DNA of 32,000 bases from Pirellula staleyi DSM 6068 (GCA_000025185.1 CP001848.1:480001-512000), one strand, 5' to 3'. Positions 1 to 8,441 are shown, numbered from the stretch's first letter. Program-made: numbers and translations. The notes: a model not told the origin generated them from the letters alone.

Positions 1-269
1 AGCTATCGCAGGTGGCTGTCGATATCCTGGCAGTGGTGGCGTATCACCAGCCGATCTCGCAGGAACAGATCGACAAAATGCGTGCGAAACCTTGCGGCGG
101 CATGCTTTCGCAGCTAGTGCGGCGCGAACTGTTGCGCGTCGAGCGCGATCCCACGGCGGGACCGAAAGCGAAGCCTAAATACGTGACGACCGATCGATTT
201 CTCGATCTGTTTGGTCTCGAAAGCCTGGCTGAACTTCCGCGCAGCCACGACCCCGAAAAGTCACTCTGA
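1..269 (+). CDS. scpB: Segregation and condensation protein B (ScpB), C-terminal fragment; 5' end lies outside the window
   Basis: The frame is open to the window edge (in-frame LSQ precedes the GTG at 12). LAVVAYHQPISQEQIDKMR...LVRRELLRVERD...KYVTTDRFLDLFGLESLAELP aligns with the second winged-helix region of the full ScpB at 28919..29773 (LAVIAYRQPVPRADIEAIR...LMERDLVKIGG...LYCTTKRFLQVFGLLTIDDLP). Confidence 0.75.
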   Translation, partial: LSQVAVDILAVVAYHQPISQEQIDKMRAKPCGGMLSQLVRRELLRVERDPTAGPKAKPKYVTTDRFLDLFGLESLAELPRSHDPEKSL

Positions 270-331
270 GAAATGCTACGCGGCCGCCCAGTTGCAGTGC
301 TACCGGGCGTGCTGTTGATCAAAACCATCTT

Positions 332-351
332 GCGATCGATGCACCGATCGC
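332..351 (-). terminator. Stem-loop downstream of rpsA, a possible intrinsic terminator
   Basis: gcgatcg-atgcac-cgatcgc gives a 7-bp stem. On the minus strand it is followed within about 6 nt by GGTTTTG. It lies between the convergent scpB fragment and rpsA. Confidence 0.35.
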
Positions 352-361
352 TGGCGAGCTT

Positions 362-1870
362 CTACCACTTCAGACCGAACGCTTCGCCCCCACCGCCACT
401 CTTCCCAGCGCCACCCTTGAGAGGTCCCGAGCGTTTGGGAACGACCGGGGCACGTGGTGGTTCGTCGACTTCGGGAGCTGCTTCGGCCTTCGTCTTTTCC
501 GACTTGGCAGGAGCTTGCAGTGTGGCCTTAAGCGACAGCGAGATCCGCTGATCCTCGGCGCTGACGGTCAAGATCTTCACCTCGACCTCTTGCCCCTCTT
601 TCACCACGTTTTGCACGGCATACACGCGGTTGTGAGCCAGCTCCGAGATGTGGATCAAGCCTTCGACACCAGGCGACAATTTTACAAACGCGCCGAAAGC
701 GGCGAGTCGCGAAACGGTCCCCTTGACGATGCTGCCGACCGGAAATTTCTGATCAATTCCGGTCCACGGATGTTCCTGCTGATTCCGGAGCGAAAGTCCG
801 ATCTTGCCCGTTTCGGGATCGATCTTCTCGATCCGGACGCGCACCTTTTGACCTTCGGTGAGAATCTCGCTCGGATGCTTGATGCGATCCCAGCTCATTT
901 GGCTGATGTGAATCAGGCCATCGATCCCACCCATATCGACGAACGCGCCGAAGTCTTGGATCTTGCGAACCACACCTTCACGCATGTCGCCAATGGCGAT
1001 CGATGCCATCAGTTCCTTCTTGGCCGATTCCTTCTCACGCTCGAGCACTGCCCGGCGCGAGAGCACCACGTTACCGCGGCGCTCATTGGCTTCGGTGATC
1101 ACGCAGGTGATCCGCTGCCCCACCAAATCGCCGAGGTTCTCGACGCGATAGAGGCCAGCTTGGCTCGCAGGAATAAAGCCGCGCACACCACCGGCGATTT
1201 CGCATTCCAGACCACCGGTGTTGGCGGCGACGATCTTGGCATCGACCAATCCACCTTCGCGGATGTCGGACCAGTTGCCAGCCACCAATTTGCCGCCAGC
1301 GACCGAAACTTCGTAAAGATTGTCTTCTGTGTTGAACGAATTCACGACCACATCGAGCATCGAACCGACTTCCGGAGGAGTCGCGAACGAGCGGAGCGAG
1401 GCGACCCCTTGGTTCTTGCCGCCGAGGGCGAAGAAGACGTTGTCGCCATGAATCTCGACCACTTGCGCCCGATGCTGCGAATCGGTTTCGACGGTGCTCG
1501 CCTTCGTGGCAAGCCCACCATCGCTCACCAGTTCGTTGAGCGAGAGTCCGCCGAGCGCTTCATCGATCTCGGCTTGCAAATCAGCCGACAGAGGTGCGCG
1601 ACGATTGGCAATTTCGATGGCCGGCTTGGGGCCGTAGTTTTGCTTCGCTTTGCGGGCCTGCTTATCGCGGGCAGCATCGTCGGCCACTTCCTGGGCCTGG
1701 GCCGAGAGTTCAGCGTCGCCTGCTGGTTGGTCGGACGAGGAGGCCTCTGATTTGGGTCGGTCGCCCGTTGGCTTACGCTGACCGACCGGAAGAGGACCGC
1801 GCCGCGCGCCCAGCGGACCAGAGGCGGAAGCATCGGAAGCGGAAGAGGAATTCGAGGGATCGGTCGACAT
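362..1870 (-). CDS. rpsA: 30S ribosomal protein S1 with a low-complexity N-terminal extension and a Lys/Pro/Gly-rich tail
   Basis: Repeated S1 OB-fold motifs are present (GDMREGVVRKIQDFGAFVDMGGIDGLIHISQMSW; GSIVKGTVSRLAAFGAFVKLSPGVEGLIHISEL; GLVDAKIVAANTGGLECEI). I placed the start at ATG 1870 (MSTDPSN...) rather than the ORF-track start at 1945, so the start is uncertain. Confidence 0.9.
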   Translation of the reverse strand: MSTDPSNSSSASDASASGPLGARRGPLPVGQRKPTGDRPKSEASSSDQPAGDAELSAQAQEVADDAARDKQARKAKQNYGPKPAIEIANRRAPLSADLQAEIDEALGGLSLNELVSDGGLATKASTVETDSQHRAQVVEIHGDNVFFALGGKNQGVASLRSFATPPEVGSMLDVVVNSFNTEDNLYEVSVAGGKLVAGNWSDIREGGLVDAKIVAANTGGLECEIAGGVRGFIPASQAGLYRVENLGDLVGQRITCVITEANERRGNVVLSRRAVLEREKESAKKELMASIAIGDMREGVVRKIQDFGAFVDMGGIDGLIHISQMSWDRIKHPSEILTEGQKVRVRIEKIDPETGKIGLSLRNQQEHPWTGIDQKFPVGSIVKGTVSRLAAFGAFVKLSPGVEGLIHISELAHNRVYAVQNVVKEGQEVEVKILTVSAEDQRISLSLKATLQAPAKSEKTKAEAAPEVDEPPRAPVVPKRSGPLKGGAGKSGGGGEAFGLKW

Positions 1871-2018
1871 ACAGCACACGCAGGAACCTGAGGAATTCAA
1901 AACAGCCCGAAAGGGACGCCTTCCCCGGCAGAAAAATCTGCCCAAGGAAGCCTAGAATCTTAGCATCGATCCCGCCTCGGCGAAAGCTAGAAGCGGTTCG
2001 CAAGCTCCCCCTCCCTGG

Positions 2019-2027
2019 TGATACAAT
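2019..2027 (+). promoter_or_regulatory. Candidate extended -10 promoter element (TGaTACAAT) for the 2080 gene
   Basis: tgatacaat lies 53 nt upstream of ATG 2080. There is a weak -35-like TTCGCA at 1997-2002. This is a motif match only. Confidence 0.3.
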
Positions 2028-2079
2028 TCCACCTCACTGACGCTTGGTCTGATTTCCCCGATTCTTTTGGGCATCTGCG

Positions 2080-3087
2080 ATGAAACTGAACCTCCCCACC
2101 CTTCCAATACCTCGCAAACTTGCCGCCCGCCTGTCAACAATTACCGCCGCTATTGCCTTGGCATTGACACAACTAATGTTTGCTCAAGAGCCGCCGATGG
2201 GGCCGGCGAGTCCGATAAAGGATTCGACGCTGGAGGTACTGTTTCAGCTGACCGAACGGATCTACAGCGGAAGCGAGCCAAGCACCGAGGAGCATTTTGC
2301 GGAGCTGGCCAAACGCGGAATAAAAACGATTGTGAGTGTCGACGGTGCCGAACCGAACCTTGCGCTAGCCCAGAAATATGGGCTGAGCTACATCCACCTG
2401 CCGATGGGCTACGGTGGAATGGGGCGCGAGCAGACGCTGAAAATCGCTCGCGCGATGGAGATCGCCCAGGGACCGGTGATGCTCCACTGCCATCACGGGA
2501 AGCATCGCGGCCCCTCGGCTGCGGCGGTCGCCTGCATTGCCGAAAAGAAATGGACCAACGACCAAGCTGCACAGTGGCTCAAGCAGGTCGGCACTTCCCC
2601 GAGCTATCGGCAAATGATCGCCGATGTGCAGAGCTTCACCCTTCCCACCACGGAAGAAAAAGCAGCGATGCCGCGCGAGCTGCCAAGCAAAGTTGCGCCA
2701 CCACCACTGGTCGATTCGATGGTGCAGATCTCGCACGCTTGGGAAGAACTCGCCGCGATTGGCAAGCCACCGAAAGCTGGCACACTGGCGACAAAAGCGG
2801 AGCTCATGCACTACGCCGACGAGTCGCTGCAGCTGATGGAGCAGTTTGTGGAACTCGCCCGCGATCCAACGATTGCCACCCTGCCCGAGCCGTTTCAAGT
2901 CGAGCTGAAAAAAAGTGTCGAGGCCGCAACAACGCTGCAGACGTCGCTCGCAGACCTCGCGAAATCCGACCAACTCGACACCACCAAGCTGGCCGATCTA
3001 CCGAAGCTTCACTCCGCCATCGGCACCAGCTGCAAAGCCTGCCACACGCTCTATCGTGATAATAGCGGCGCTCAAGCCAAGCCATAG
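2080..3087 (+). CDS. Exported fusion protein: CX5R (PTP/DSP-like) phosphatase-fold domain plus a C-terminal cytochrome c-prime-like (class II cytochrome c) CXXCH domain
   Basis: There is an N-terminal signal-like segment (ITAAIALALTQLMFAQE). The P-loop HCHHGKHRG is at nt 2485-2511. A helical C-terminal region ends in GTSCKACHTLYRD, with the CXXCH at nt 3031-3045 close to the C-terminus, as in cytochromes c-prime. Confidence 0.7.
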   Translation: MKLNLPTLPIPRKLAARLSTITAAIALALTQLMFAQEPPMGPASPIKDSTLEVLFQLTERIYSGSEPSTEEHFAELAKRGIKTIVSVDGAEPNLALAQKYGLSYIHLPMGYGGMGREQTLKIARAMEIAQGPVMLHCHHGKHRGPSAAAVACIAEKKWTNDQAAQWLKQVGTSPSYRQMIADVQSFTLPTTEEKAAMPRELPSKVAPPPLVDSMVQISHAWEELAAIGKPPKAGTLATKAELMHYADESLQLMEQFVELARDPTIATLPEPFQVELKKSVEAATTLQTSLADLAKSDQLDTTKLADLPKLHSAIGTSCKACHTLYRDNSGAQAKP

Positions 3088-3120
3088 GCTTTCGCGCATC
3101 ACCAACGAAGCCACCCCCGC

Positions 3121-3450
3121 ATGAGTATCTCGTCGCGAACCCCCGAAGGAACGCCTCATCGCTGTCCCGTATGCCGACAAGAGACGGCCATCGAATCGTC
3201 GACACATGGCGATGCATGTTGCCCTGACTGCGGCACACTCCTCTGGTGGTTTCGTGATAAAGCACCGAACCACGAGGTTTTGCTATCCACTAGTTTCGAG
3301 TCGCTCGAAATCGATTCCCTAGCGATGGCGGAACTGGTGATGCAATTAGAGGAACACTTCGATATCGATGTTCCTCCCGGCGATGCGGAGCACATCCTCA
3401 CGGTCGAAGATGCTATTCGCTACATCCGGCAGTATCGCGCCGACACCTAA
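3121..3450 (+). CDS. Zinc-ribbon plus acyl-carrier-protein-like (phosphopantetheine-binding) small protein
   Basis: CPVC(15-18)...CCPDC(33-37) form Cys knuckles. They are followed by LEIDSLAMAELVMQLEEHFDIDVP, whose DSL serine is Ser66 (nt 3316-3318), and by TVEDAIRYI, typical of the ACP helix 2-4 region. The gene lies 33 nt downstream of the previous gene on the same strand. Confidence 0.6.
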   Translation: MSISSRTPEGTPHRCPVCRQETAIESSTHGDACCPDCGTLLWWFRDKAPNHEVLLSTSFESLEIDSLAMAELVMQLEEHFDIDVPPGDAEHILTVEDAIRYIRQYRADT

Positions 3451-3620
3451 GAAATCGCTAGTGGCTATAGGTTCTCGCTTGTCAGCAGTTTTACGACGGA
3501 GGCTGTCAGCACTCGGTAGCTGAAACCTGATAGCTCCAGGAGATGTCTCTGCATGCTCCTACTGCCAGCGTGATGGGAATATGACACGCTGCAGCAAGCA
3601 AAGCTTACGCTCAAGCGTTG

Positions 3621-4619
3621 CTAGTTGCCGCCACCCATGCCAGCGGCTTGGGGAGCGGGTGTAGGTGGCATCGGGCTCGGTGCGGCTGGGGGCGCGATCG
3701 CGGCGGGATGAGCGCTGCCACCGGCAGGTATTGGCTGTTGATGCGAAGCGTTGGCGATCGGATTCTCTTGCTTCACCGCTTCTTCGCTCGGAAGTTGTGG
3801 TTTGATGACCGGCGCGAAGTTCTGCTGCTGAGCAATCGCTGTTTCCATCTGCTTATCTTCCAGACGCTTGAAGACTGTTGCATCTTGATAAGCCTCGAGC
3901 GCAGGAGATTCGGCAAACGCGTTTGACGGCGTGGTGGTGATCAGGCGATCGATCGGCTTGGCTTTCGCTTTGCCATAAACCGGACCACGCTGATAAGGAC
4001 CGAGCCCTAAAATCCAGAGGTCGCGGGCTTCGCTCGAACCACTCGCCACTCCTGCTTTCCACATCGGCTCGCGCGTTTGGCGGTCGTAGGCAAACACACC
4101 AATCTTCGCGGCGCCACGCTGATGGTTACGCCGGCCGAACGAAAGTTCCGGCAGCGAAGGGATCGCAGCGGGGCTCCCTGCCAGTAGCGACGCTGTTCCT
4201 AGTGCCGCGCTTCCCGGGACACCATAGGTCACTTCGTTGCCGTCGTTCCCCATCACGCCGAGTCGCGCTTCGACAATCACGTCGGCATCTTCGAGCTTGT
4301 CTTGCAGCCGCAGATCGTACGACATCATCTGCTGACGCAGCGAACTGATTACATATTCGACATTGGCGCTGCTGGCAGGCGAAAGAGCCTTAGGAGGGAG
4401 ATACTTCGTATCGAAGAACACTTTTTGGCCCGCCAGCGGACTGAAATCGACCTGGGCCACCGCTCGATCGACCGCATCGGCCACCACCATTTGTTCGGTG
4501 GCGATACGCGAGCGAGTGATGCCACAACCTGTTGCCAGCACAAGGCAAACGAGAAATCCCACGCGCGCAATTCGGCTGCCCAGGGGCGAGCAAAATCGAA
4601 CTAGTGGCGGGAGATGCAT
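3621..4619 (-). CDS. Hypothetical lipoprotein with a Pro/Ala-rich C-terminal tail
   Basis: I placed the start at ATG 4619 (MHLPPLVRF...GFLVCLVLATGCG), which gives a signal peptide plus a lipobox (LATGC). The ORF-track start at 4994 adds 125 Arg-rich residues with no signal peptide. I recognise no family. Confidence 0.6.
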   Translation of the reverse strand: MHLPPLVRFCSPLGSRIARVGFLVCLVLATGCGITRSRIATEQMVVADAVDRAVAQVDFSPLAGQKVFFDTKYLPPKALSPASSANVEYVISSLRQQMMSYDLRLQDKLEDADVIVEARLGVMGNDGNEVTYGVPGSAALGTASLLAGSPAAIPSLPELSFGRRNHQRGAAKIGVFAYDRQTREPMWKAGVASGSSEARDLWILGLGPYQRGPVYGKAKAKPIDRLITTTPSNAFAESPALEAYQDATVFKRLEDKQMETAIAQQQNFAPVIKPQLPSEEAVKQENPIANASHQQPIPAGGSAHPAAIAPPAAPSPMPPTPAPQAAGMGGGN

Positions 4620-4917
4620 GGCAGGCTCAGCTGGGACCATCGTGAAACCGGCGAGTCTTGTAGCAGGTTCGCCGCACGGCGTAAAAGCCAATTCTGCAAG
4701 CCGGCGGCCTCCTTTTTCGGCAATCAATCTTCCCTTGCACGCTTGCAGTGGCCTCCGGCGAACCCCACAATACCGCTGCACGTCGGCTGGCCTTTGCAAC
4801 CGTAAAACCGCTTGTTTCCTCCCAGGAAGCAACGCCACCGAGCCTCCGGCGCAAGCATTTTTTCGTTGATTCAGCCGGCCACGTTCCGGCATCCTCTCAA
4901 CCCTTGGAGCATTACTT

Positions 4918-5895
4918 ATGCGTCGGTACTTTCCTCTGATGGCACTCGGCCTGGCACTTGCGATTACCCAAGTGGCGATGTGCGCCGATGGCAATCCCGC
5001 TTACACCTCGGCCAGTGAAGCTGGTGTCGACTACACGATGCAAGGCGAATACGCCGGCACCGACGTCGAAGATCACAAATGGGGCGCACAAGTGATTGCC
5101 CTCGGTGATGGCCAGTTCGATGTGATCGGGTATCTCGGCGGCCTCCCCGGCGACGGCTGGAAGCGTGGCGACGAACAGAAGCGTGGCAAAGGCGCGCTGA
5201 AAGATGGCAAGGTCCAAGTGACCGGCAACGAATGGACCGCCACGATTGATGGCGAAAGCCTCGTGGTGATCTCGGGCGACGGCAAAGAAGTTGCCAAGCT
5301 CAAGAAGGTGAACCGCGAGAGCCCCACCCTCGGCGCCAAGGCTCCTGAAGGAGCGATCGTGCTGTTCGATGGGACCACGGCCGACAACTTCAATAACGGC
5401 AAGCTGATCGAAGAAAAGCTCCTCGCCGCCTCCAATCCCGAAAGCAAGCAAAAGCTCGGCGATCACACGCTGCACATCGAGTTCCGCACCCCGTTCATGC
5501 CTAAGTCGCGCGGCCAAGCTCGCGGCAACAGCGGCGTCTATTTGCAGAGCCGCTACGAAGTGCAAGTCCTCGATTCGTTTGGACTCGATGGCAAAGACAA
5601 CGAATGCGGCGGCATCTACCAAGCCTCGCAGCCGATCGTCAACATGTGCCTGCCACCGCTTGCTTGGCAAACTTACGACATCGAGTTCACCTCTGCCAAG
5701 TACGAAGGTGACAAGAAGATTTCCAACGCTAAGGTCACCGTGAAGCACAATGGTGTGACGATTCACGAAGGTCTCGAGCTGAAGAACGGCACTCCAGGTC
5801 GCGCCAAAGAAGGCCCTGAAAACCTCGGCCTCTACCTGCAAGATCACGGCAACCCGGTCGCCTTCCGCAACATTTGGGTGGTCGAGAAGAAATAG
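4918..5895 (+). CDS. Secreted DUF1080 / 3-keto-disaccharide hydrolase family protein
   Basis: Signal peptide MRRYFPLMALGLALAITQVAMCA. Family-typical motifs are present: HIEFRTP...RGNSGVYLQSRYEVQVLDSFG...ECGGIYQ...WQTYDIEF...VKHNGVTIHE...LYLQDHGNPVAFRNIWVVE. Confidence 0.8.
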   Translation: MRRYFPLMALGLALAITQVAMCADGNPAYTSASEAGVDYTMQGEYAGTDVEDHKWGAQVIALGDGQFDVIGYLGGLPGDGWKRGDEQKRGKGALKDGKVQVTGNEWTATIDGESLVVISGDGKEVAKLKKVNRESPTLGAKAPEGAIVLFDGTTADNFNNGKLIEEKLLAASNPESKQKLGDHTLHIEFRTPFMPKSRGQARGNSGVYLQSRYEVQVLDSFGLDGKDNECGGIYQASQPIVNMCLPPLAWQTYDIEFTSAKYEGDKKISNAKVTVKHNGVTIHEGLELKNGTPGRAKEGPENLGLYLQDHGNPVAFRNIWVVEKK

Positions 5896-5933
5896 TCGAT
5901 CGCTCGTCGATCCACTTCCTCATTCGCTTTCGC

Positions 5934-5980
5934 AGCCCGCCCAGGAATTCACCTTCCTCGGCGGGCTGTTTTTGTTCTTG
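5934..5980 (+). terminator. Rho-independent terminator after the DUF1080 gene
   Basis: The 9-bp GC-rich stem cagcccgcc/ggcgggctg (5934-5942 / 5961-5969) is followed directly by tttttgttctt. Confidence 0.7.
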
Positions 5981-6111
5981 GCACAATGATGAGTGATTGG
6001 GATGTAACAGTTTTTTGTTGCCGTCGCATCAGTTCCCTTCTTACATTGCAGAAGCACTGCGCCTTTTGTTGCTCCATTTCGCCAAGGTATCGATGTTTTT
6101 AGGAGAGAAGC

Positions 6112-6648
6112 ATGTCCTACTCCGCCGACCAAATTGACATCCTAGCCCGCGACTGGTTTCGACGTTGTCGCGAGAGCCAAATGGCGCATTTTGAGTATGG
6201 CAGCCGACTAGAGGCTTACCACACGTTTTTAGGTGTCCCGTCGGTCGCACTCTCAACGATCGCAGGCACCGCTGCTGCTGGCTCAATCGCAGGAACCGAA
6301 GAAGCCTTCTTACTCGAAGTTGCCACGGTGATCCTGAGTTTGTCAGCCGCGACACTAACTTCCCTCCAGACGTTTTTAAATCTTCCCGATCGCGTAGCCA
6401 AACATCGGGCTGCTGGTGCTGCCTACAGTGCCCTCCGACGAGAACTCGAGATCTTCAAAATGCTCCCTCCAGAATCGGGGAGTACGCGAGAATTCTTTGA
6501 AGGAATCCGAAAGCGTATGGATGAACTTTCCGCTAACGCTCCCGGAATTCCATCCTCGTTCAAAGCTGAGGTCGACAAAAAACTGCAGAGCGAGATGTAT
6601 CCACGCATCTTCTCGTTTCCTGCATCGCCTCCAGCAACAACCGGCTAG
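6112..6648 (+). CDS. SLATT-like (DUF4231-related) two-transmembrane protein, stand-alone
   Basis: An N-terminal helix is followed by two hydrophobic helices (FLGVPSVALSTIAGTAAAGSIAG; LLEVATVILSLSAATLTSLQTFL), then NLPDRVAKHRAAGAAYSALRRELEIF and ...LSANAPGIPSSF. From memory this layout matches stand-alone SLATT proteins. It was not checked by HMM. Confidence 0.55.
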   Translation: MSYSADQIDILARDWFRRCRESQMAHFEYGSRLEAYHTFLGVPSVALSTIAGTAAAGSIAGTEEAFLLEVATVILSLSAATLTSLQTFLNLPDRVAKHRAAGAAYSALRRELEIFKMLPPESGSTREFFEGIRKRMDELSANAPGIPSSFKAEVDKKLQSEMYPRIFSFPASPPATTG

Positions 6649-6656
6649 AAAAGGCT

Positions 6657-6676
6657 GTGCCAGTGCAATTTGGCAC
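6657..6676 (-). terminator. Weak stem-loop between convergent genes, a possible terminator for the hydrolase gene
   Basis: gtgcca-gtgcaatt-tggcac gives a 6-bp stem. The A-run agaaaagg on the plus side becomes ccTTTTCT after the hairpin on the minus strand. Confidence 0.3.
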
Positions 6677-6698
6677 TGCTCTGCGGAATCGAAATCGC

Positions 6699-7523
6699 TC
6701 AGCTGCTGGCAAACGCGAGCAAGTCGGCGTTGAGCTGGTCTTTATGGGTGTCGGTAATGCCGTGCGGAGCACCGGAGTACACGATTAACTTTGCATGCGG
6801 CACCAGCCGCGCTGTAGCGCGACCGGCTGCCACAATGGGCACGATCTGATCGTCGTCGCCATGCACCACGAGTGTCGGGATGTCGAACTTTTTCAGATCT
6901 TCGCGGAAGTCGGTTTCTGAAAAGGCCTTGATACTGTCGTACGTATTCTTGTGCCCTCCCATCATCCCCTGCATCCAGAACGAATCAATCATCCCTTGCG
7001 ACGGATTGGTCCCTGGGCGATTGAATCCAAAGAACGGACCACTGGCGATATCGAGATACAGCTGCGATCGATCCTTGAGCGACCCGGCGCGAATCTCATC
7101 GAACACTTCCCGAGGCAAACCATCGGGGTTGGTGTCGGTCTTTAGCATGAGTGGCGGCACCGACGAAACGAGCGCCACCTTCGCGACACGCTGAGTGCCA
7201 TGACGTCCGATGTAGCGAGTTGCCTCGCCACCACCAGTCGAGAAACCGACAAGGATGATTTCTTTCAGATCGAGCGCCTCAACGAGTGTGGCGAGATCGT
7301 CGGCATAGGTGTCCATTTCGTTCCCATGCCAAGGCTGACTCGATCGGCCATGTCCACGGCGATCGTGCGCGATGCAGCGAAAGCCGTGCGATGCCAGGTG
7401 AAACATCTGCGACTCCCAGCTGTCGCTCGAGAGTGGCCAGCCGTGACAAAACACCACCGGCTGTCCCGCGCCCCAATCCTTGTAGTAGATGCTCGTCCCA
7501 TCCTGCATGATCATCGTGGCCAT
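6699..7523 (-). CDS. Alpha/beta hydrolase of the non-heme chloroperoxidase / arylesterase type
   Basis: [33 protein letters not shown]...[10 protein letters not shown]...[10 protein letters not shown] (nucleophile elbow GxSxG)...[11 protein letters not shown]...APHG closely follows the conserved non-heme haloperoxidase pattern. Confidence 0.9.
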   Translation of the reverse strand: MATMIMQDGTSIYYKDWGAGQPVVFCHGWPLSSDSWESQMFHLASHGFRCIAHDRRGHGRSSQPWHGNEMDTYADDLATLVEALDLKEIILVGFSTGGGEATRYIGRHGTQRVAKVALVSSVPPLMLKTDTNPDGLPREVFDEIRAGSLKDRSQLYLDIASGPFFGFNRPGTNPSQGMIDSFWMQGMMGGHKNTYDSIKAFSETDFREDLKKFDIPTLVVHGDDDQIVPIVAAGRATARLVPHAKLIVYSGAPHGITDTHKDQLNADLLAFASS

Positions 7524-7622
7524 CGCTTCATCTCACTTCGCTGGCTAGAGTTTGCAAGTCGTCTCTCACTCGAGCTTAACCGATTGGAGTGTCACGCGTG
7601 GCAAGACTTCGCCCCACACGCA

Positions 7623-8270
7623 CTAGTGGCTCTCGCCACTACTGCTGTGGCTGGCTACTGGTGGATGGAGCATCCGCTCGGTAAGTGCTAAGGCAATAGC
7701 GGAGAAAAGGAAGGTGGCATGGATGATTACTTGCCACATCACCAGATTCTCGGGATGCTGCATCGCTTCGACGTTTTGAATGGCAACAGCCGCCTGCTCG
7801 ACCATCTCCGATGCGTGGTGGGTCGACTCTGCATGCGAGTGAGCTTCCTGGCCACCAGTGCGTAAGATATGCCCGAGTTCGATAAAGGTCTTGAGGAGAT
7901 GAATACCCGAGACCCCTACGAGTGACGCGGCCAGTTTGATCTTCAGCGTGTTCGCATTGGTGTGATCGAGCCACTCGGGCCGATCAGGATGAGAATCGAG
8001 ATCGATCTTGCTAATGAACATCGTATAGCCGCCGATGATCACTACGTACACCAGATTGAGCACCATCGAAACGTCTACGAGCCCGAGAATCGCGAGCAGC
8101 ATCGCCTCTTCGGTGAGCTGGTTCACCTCCATACAAAGGTGCACCACTTCCATCACGAACTTATAGCAGTAGAGGCAGGATGCTACGATCAACCCGAGGT
8201 ACAGCGGCATCTGTAGCCAACGGCTCGCAAAAATCGAATTCTCGATCAATCGTTCTAAACGGCTTGTCAT
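7623..8270 (-). CDS. yqhA: UPF0114 / YqhA-family inner membrane protein
   Basis: The N-terminus LERLIENSIFASRWLQMPLYLGLIV and the multi-pass hydrophobic profile are typical of UPF0114. It has an atypical His/Ser-rich C-terminus. Confidence 0.75.
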   Translation of the reverse strand: MTSRLERLIENSIFASRWLQMPLYLGLIVASCLYCYKFVMEVVHLCMEVNQLTEEAMLLAILGLVDVSMVLNLVYVVIIGGYTMFISKIDLDSHPDRPEWLDHTNANTLKIKLAASLVGVSGIHLLKTFIELGHILRTGGQEAHSHAESTHHASEMVEQAAVAIQNVEAMQHPENLVMWQVIIHATFLFSAIALALTERMLHPPVASHSSSGESH

Positions 8271-8441
8271 GGATTACTTCCTTGGGATGCGATATTTCGC
8301 GCCCAATTTAGTGGAACAATCCAAGCGAGAATACCCTGCCAACGACGGGAATATGGATTGATTCCGCGCAGCAACCGTTCAGCCCGAGAAGCGCTCTCGC
8401 TTAACTACAATTCGCTCGACGAATCGAGGAACAGACGATCA

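Noticed and set aside
515-1750. A 411-aa plus-strand ORF antisense to rpsA
   Set aside because: It overlaps the clearly homologous S1 gene completely. Long stop-free antisense frames are expected in high-GC DNA. The translation is low-complexity and rich in Arg, Leu and Asp, with no recognisable motif.
4620-4994. Long N-terminal extensions offered by the ORF track. These are 3621..4994 here, and similarly 25183..25332, 1871..1945 and 11760..11816.
   Set aside because: The extensions are Arg-rich and lack signal peptides, whereas internal ATGs give canonical signal, lipobox or conserved N-termini. I therefore chose shorter gene models. The starts remain unverified.
4912-5847. A 311-aa minus-strand ORF antisense to the DUF1080 gene
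   Set aside because: The reasoning is the same. The plus-strand product has a signal peptide and family motifs, and the antisense product has none.
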